Source: an uncultured Chloroflexia bacterium
GTDB lineage: Bacteria; Chloroflexota; Limnocylindria; Limnocylindrales; CSP1-4
Assembly (NCBI GenBank): GCA_963819655.1
Contig: CAWFXA010000003.1
Location: forward strand, 288,001-352,000
Direction of reading: 5' to 3'
Length of the DNA stretch: 64,000 bases
The translations under genes and the position numbers were made by a program. Below are positions 59,478 to 64,000 of the stretch, piece by piece (the first letter of the stretch is position 1; each line of letters opens with the position of its first letter). The notes beneath the pieces were generated by a model. That model saw nothing but the letters and a program-made list of their open reading frames with translations. It was not told where the DNA came from and made no database searches.

Positions 59478-60461
59478 ATGCCGACGCAGCGGCTCCGCCT
59501 CGGACTCCAGGTCTGGAGCCAATACGTGACCTGGCACGAGCTGATGGCGATCGGCCGGGAGATCGACGAGCTCGGCTTCGACGAGCTGTGGAGCAACGAT
59601 CACCTGCTGCCTCAGGCCGCCGGCGGCGTCGGGGCGCTGGGCGAGCTCGACGGTCCCGTGTTCGAGGGCTGGTCGATCCTGTTCGGCTGGGCCGGGATCA
59701 CGAGTCGAGCGCGGATGGGCTGCCTCGTATCCGGAGCGGGCTACCGGAACCCGGGCGTGCTGGTCAAGATGGCCACGGCCCTTGATCACGCGACCGACGG
59801 CCGTGCCGTGCTCGGGCTGGGGGCCGGCTGGTTCGAGCGCGAGCACCGTGCATTCGGGTTCGAGTTTCCGGCCGTGGGCCGGCGCCTCGATCGATTGGGT
59901 GACGCCGCCGCCATCTCGCGCGGGCTGCTTGACGGATCCACCGTCACCCACGACGGCGAGTGGTTCTCGGCTGTTGACGCGCGCAACGATCCGCCGCCCG
60001 TCCAGTCGCGCCTCCCCCTGGCGATCGGCGGCAGCGGCGAGAAGCGGACGCTGCGCATCGTCGCGCAGTACGCCGACATCTGGAACGCGGACCAGGACGA
60101 TCCCGAGTCGTTCCGGCGGCGGAACGGCATCCTCGACGAGCATTGCCGCGCCGTCGGGCGCGACCCTGCGTCGATCGAGCGGACCGCCGGGCTGGCTGCG
60201 CCGTGTATCCGGTCGACGCGCGGCGAAGCGGTCGATGCGCTGACCGCCATCCTCGAGCAGCAGGCGATGCCCCGCGCGGACGCACGGCGGATGGCCGAGG
60301 CGTCGCCGTTCGCGGGACCGGTGCCCGCGGTCGTGGCCGAGCTGCGCCGCTATCGGGACGCGGGTCTGAGCGCGGCGATGTTCGACTGGCCCGCACCGTT
60401 CGATCGACCCACGCTCGAGGCCCTCGCAGGCCCCGTCCGAGCCGCGCTCGACGAGGCCTGA
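59478..60461 (+). CDS. Luciferase-like (LLM) oxidoreductase, probably F420-dependent
   Basis: WSNDH, FEGW, YRNPGVLVKM, GLGAGWFE, IGGSGEKRTL...ADIWN. Confidence 0.85.
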   Translation: MPTQRLRLGLQVWSQYVTWHELMAIGREIDELGFDELWSNDHLLPQAAGGVGALGELDGPVFEGWSILFGWAGITSRARMGCLVSGAGYRNPGVLVKMATALDHATDGRAVLGLGAGWFEREHRAFGFEFPAVGRRLDRLGDAAAISRGLLDGSTVTHDGEWFSAVDARNDPPPVQSRLPLAIGGSGEKRTLRIVAQYADIWNADQDDPESFRRRNGILDEHCRAVGRDPASIERTAGLAAPCIRSTRGEAVDALTAILEQQAMPRADARRMAEASPFAGPVPAVVAELRRYRDAGLSAAMFDWPAPFDRPTLEALAGPVRAALDEA

Positions 60462-61841
60462 CGGGCAGTCAGTCGAAGCCGCAGGCGGCGCCACCGGTGC
60501 CGCAGGTCCGCCTCGAGTGCCGGCTCGGGCAACCCCCGCGCTCGCCGCCGGTCGGACAATGCGAGACCGTGCTCGACGGTCGCCATCGCGGCCACGGGAT
60601 CGCGGAGCCGGTGCTCCCGCAGCTTCGCGCCCTCGATCGTGGCGAGGACCGCGACCCGGCCGGGACCGCAGGCCAGCGAATCCCAGGCGATGACTGCCTC
60701 GTCGATGCGGCCCATGCGCCGCAGCAGGTGCGCCCGATCGACGGCGATGCGTTCCTCGTCCCATGGCCGGCCGAACGCCTGGCGTCCGATCCCAGCCGGC
60801 GCTGGTCGGGCGTCGCTCCGGGCGGCCACCGAAGTCCGCCCGCCGCCGCGGTGACCACCACGGCTCCTCTGTGACCGGCGTCACCGGCACGACGGCGGAC
60901 CGGGCGCGTGCTGGCGCAGGATCCGCGGCAAGGGCGGCATCGAGGCAGTCGACGGCCTCATCGAAACGTCGCTCGCGGCGGAACGCTCGGGCGAGGCCAG
61001 CCAGGTCGCCCCGCGGCGCGCTCGTGCGCGCGATCGGGTCGCCCAGCCCTCGCTCGATGTGCTGGAGCAGCCGGCCGAGCGAGAGGACGTCTTCGCCGTT
61101 GTGCCGCACGACTGCGGCCAGGGGCTGCGCCGGTCCGCCGCGCAGGAAGCCGAGGTAGCGTCCCGGGATCTCCCAGCCGTCGACGTCGTCGTGGCGGACG
61201 ACGCCGAGCAACATCCGCTCGACGGTCCCGAGCCGCGCGTCGTCCATGCGGTGCCGGAAGAGCCGGCGGACGAGCGGCAGGAGGTCGAGGTGACCGGCAT
61301 GGTCCGGCGCCGCGCGTCGCGCCATCCGGAAGCGGGTGACGAGCAGTGGCCAGTCGAAGCCCCGTCCGTTGTAGGTCACCAGCCAGGCGTCGGGCGGGAT
61401 ATGGCGAGAGACCTGGTCGAGGAGGACGCCCTCTTCGCCCTGGTCGGGCAGCAGCAGCTGGACCTGCTGGAACGTCTCGCCTGTCCACCAGCCCAGGCCG
61501 ATCAGAAAGGCGACGGTGCCTGCCGCCGTCGCCAGACCGGTCGTCTCCGTGTCGAGGCAGACGAGCGGCCGATCCGCCGGCGCCTGACCCGGGAGACTCG
61601 CCAGCCGGCGGCGGTCGACCGGCAGGTCGATGCCCCCCGCCTCGACCCGCACGTACACGCCGTCGTCGGTCCCGACGACCTCGCCGTCGACCGCGGCGGC
61701 GAGGCGCCGCGCAAGCTCGAGGCTCGCGCGGGGCCGATAGGGCAGGGGGTCGTCTGTTGTGCCCGGACCCGGGTTGGCGTTCCGAAACCGCGCAAGGCGT
61801 CGGGCGAGGCGATCGCCCGGTTCGGCGACGGCGTCGATCAT
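60350..61841 (-). CDS. mrfB: RNase H-like exonuclease with TPR tail (MrfB/YprB-like), +1 frameshift near 60780
   Basis: LDTETTGL, TYNGRGFDWPLL, HLDLL, HNGEDVLSL; the shifted frame gives EGAKLREHRLRD. Confidence 0.8.
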
Positions 61842-64000
61842 CCGGCCGCAGCAAGCCGGGCGCCGGCCCCGAGCTCCCCGAGCAGCCGCAGCGCAAGCCG
61901 GCGCGCGTCGACATCCGGTTCCAGGCGCGGGCCCGTGCAGGCCGGGCAGCCGCCGTCGCAGCCGCACGCAGCGATGAGGTCCGCGGCCCCCGCGAGCAGC
62001 TCGTCGTGGCGCTGCCACAGCCGCTCCGACAGCCCGATGCCGCCCGGCACGGCCTCGTACAGGTAGATCGTCGGCTCCTCCGCGTGCGGGGAGCGGACCT
62101 GCGTGACGAGTCCCAGATCGCGCGGGTCGACCATCAGCAGCACGGACGCGATCGTCTGGATCGCTCGCCCGGCACCGAGCAGGGCGACGTCGAGCTCGTC
62201 GCGACGCCAGTGGCTCCGCGCACGGTCCGCGGTGAGCCAGTACGCGGTCGTCTGGAGCTCGAGCTCGGGCAGGTCGATCGGCCCCCAGCCGACGTTCTCG
62301 TCGGTGATGAACTTGAGCTTCTTGAACAGCGTCACGATGCTCGCGACCATCACCTCGCCGTGCTTGCGCGTCCCGCCGGTCGCGGGCGCCTCGGCGAACA
62401 CCTCGAGGGGCTTGAGCGTGACCGCCCGATTGGCATAGGTGTAGTGGTCCGCGTCGATCTTGTGGACGTATGCCTTGCGCTCGTGCCATTCGAGCCGGTC
62501 GACGTAGTACTGGACCGACTCGTGGAGGTAGATCGCCCGCTCGTGGACGAGCACCTGGGCGCTGAACAGGTCGACCTCGCCCAGCACCCGCGGCCGGTCC
62601 GGGGTCGTGTCGATGATCACGACGTTCTCCGGCGCCGCTGTCCGCAGGGAGACCTCCGAGGCCGGGAAGTTCTCGCTTGACCAGTACCAGCGACCGTCGC
62701 CGGCCTGGCGGACGTGCCCTTCCTCGGCGAGGAATGCCAGCAGGTCGTCGGCGGGCGACGGCCCGAACACCTCGCCCGGCTCGAACGGCAGCTCGAACGT
62801 CGCCGCGCGCAGGTGAGCCAGCAGCACGTGCAGGTTGTCCGGATCGAGCCGCGCCTCCTCGGGCGTGTTGTCGAGCAGGAACTCCGGGTGGTGGATGACG
62901 TACTGGTCGACCGGAGCGCCCGAGGCGACGAGGATCGCGACGCTGGTGCCCTGCCGCCGTCCGGCACGACCGAACTGCTGCCACGTGGCGGCGACCGAGC
63001 CCGGATAGCCGGCCAGGATCGAAACGTCAAGCCGCCCGATGTCGACGCCGAGCTCGAGCGCGTTCGTCGAGACCACGCCGAGGATCTCGCCGTCGCGCAG
63101 ACCGCGCTCGATCGACCGGCGCTCCGTCGGCAGGTAGCCACCGCGATAGCCGCGGACACGGCTCCGAGGCCCGAAGCTCTCGCGGAGCGACTCGCGCAAG
63201 CCCGTCAGCAGGATCTCGACCGCGACCCGCGACCGACCGAAGACGATCGTCTGGCGCCCGGCCCGCAGGAAGGGCAGGGCCCAGCGTTGGGCCAGCGTGG
63301 CCGACGAGCCGCGCGCGCCACTCGCCGGCTCCATGACCGGCGGGTCGACGAGCAGGACGTGCCGCTGACCTGCCGGGGCGCCGTTGCGGTCCACGAGGCG
63401 TGCCGGTCGGCCGGTCAGCATCGCCGCGAGCTCCGAGGGGTTGCCGATCGTCGCAGAGCAGCACACGATCACGGGCGTGCTGCCGTAGTGCGCGCAGATC
63501 CGGAGGAGCCGGCGCAGGACGTTGGCGACGTGGCTGCCGAACACGCCTCGGTACGTGTGCAACTCGTCGACGACGATGAGTTTCAGTTGCTCGAACAGCT
63601 GGAACCACTTCGTGTGGTGAGGCAGGATCGCCGAGTGGAGCATGTCCGGGTTGGTCACGACGACCTGGCCGGCGGCCCGCACCGTGGACCGGATCGGGGC
63701 CGGGGTGTCGCCGTCGTAGGTGGACGTGATGATGGACAGTCCGGCGGACGCCGCGAGCTCGCCGAACTCCGTCACCTGGTCCTGCCCGAGGGCCTTGGTC
63801 GGGAAGAGGAACAGCGCGCGAGCCGATGGATCCTCGGCGATCGCCTGGAGAGCCGGCAGGGCATAGCAGAGCGTCTTGCCGGAAGCCGTCGGGGTGACGA
63901 CCACCACGTCCTCGCCGGCGTGGACGGCCTCGATCGCCTCGGCCTGATGCGTGTACAGCTGGTCGATCTCGCGGGATGCGAGCCCGGAGACGATCCGCTC
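61838..64000 (-). CDS. mrfA: DEAD/DEAH helicase with DUF1998 (MrfA/YprA/SftH-like), 5' end outside window
   Basis: TPTASGKT, PTKAL, DELHTYRG, SATIGNP, TNALELGVDIG, GRAGR, CGCDGGCPAC. Confidence 0.92.
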   Translation of the reverse strand, partial: ERIVSGLASREIDQLYTHQAEAIEAVHAGEDVVVVTPTASGKTLCYALPALQAIAEDPSARALFLFPTKALGQDQVTEFGELAASAGLSIITSTYDGDTPAPIRSTVRAAGQVVVTNPDMLHSAILPHHTKWFQLFEQLKLIVVDELHTYRGVFGSHVANVLRRLLRICAHYGSTPVIVCCSATIGNPSELAAMLTGRPARLVDRNGAPAGQRHVLLVDPPVMEPASGARGSSATLAQRWALPFLRAGRQTIVFGRSRVAVEILLTGLRESLRESFGPRSRVRGYRGGYLPTERRSIERGLRDGEILGVVSTNALELGVDIGRLDVSILAGYPGSVAATWQQFGRAGRRQGTSVAILVASGAPVDQYVIHHPEFLLDNTPEEARLDPDNLHVLLAHLRAATFELPFEPGEVFGPSPADDLLAFLAEEGHVRQAGDGRWYWSSENFPASEVSLRTAAPENVVIIDTTPDRPRVLGEVDLFSAQVLVHERAIYLHESVQYYVDRLEWHERKAYVHKIDADHYTYANRAVTLKPLEVFAEAPATGGTRKHGEVMVASIVTLFKKLKFITDENVGWGPIDLPELELQTTAYWLTADRARSHWRRDELDVALLGAGRAIQTIASVLLMVDPRDLGLVTQVRSPHAEEPTIYLYEAVPGGIGLSERLWQRHDELLAGAADLIAACGCDGGCPACTGPRLEPDVDARRLALRLLGELGAGARLAAAG

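Noticed and set aside
18373-60461. Aminoglycoside biosynthetic gene cluster
   Set aside because: No glycosyltransferase, DOI synthase, NDP-sugar enzymes, resistance gene or exporter. Importers and ring-cleaving IolE/IolD point to catabolism.
18373-60461. Integrative mobile element
   Set aside because: No integrase, transposase, tRNA or att-like terminal repeats seen.
61838-64000. DISARM/Druantia-type defence helicase (DUF1998)
   Set aside because: It is fused to the helicase and paired with an RNase H-like exonuclease as in MrfAB repair; no methylase or other defence genes are visible.
1-64000. CRISPR arrays, tRNA, rRNA, tandem repeat arrays
   Set aside because: None seen; intergenic gaps are short and accounted for.

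Overview
High-GC bacterial chromosome segment; gene content suggests Chloroflexota or a similar Terrabacteria lineage (inference, no marker gene present). Positions 1-18.3 kb are housekeeping-like: succinate-semialdehyde dehydrogenase, HD hydrolase, rarA, DUF4446, UvrD helicase-nuclease, M20 amidohydrolase, agmatinase, methyltransferase, CpaE-like ATPase, murI, DUF2342, 2-hydroxyacid dehydrogenase, ychF, pfkB. Positions 18.4-60.5 kb form a ~42 kb LacI-regulated catabolic region. It combines inositol genes (ABC importer, iolG, two iolE, iolB, iolD) with three DegT-type aminotransferases, a GSA-aminomutase-like aminotransferase, two Zn dehydrogenases, four more Gfo/Idh/MocA enzymes and a polyamine-type ABC importer. 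It also holds a CehA/McbA-like hydrolase, a cyclase-family amidase, an AcoABC-like complex, an atypical transaldolase and an HpcH aldolase. No clear iolC, iolJ or iolA lies inside it. Best inference: an undescribed aminocyclitol (inosamine/streptamine/aminoglycoside-type) degradation system with a kinase-independent lower pathway. The window ends in mrfB/mrfA-type repair genes. Also seen: five LacI operators, a switch-like leader before the agmatinase, a relic dehydrogenase fragment marking recombination, a likely CTG start, and five single-base frameshifts that look like consensus errors. No rRNA, tRNA, CRISPR or transposase was found.
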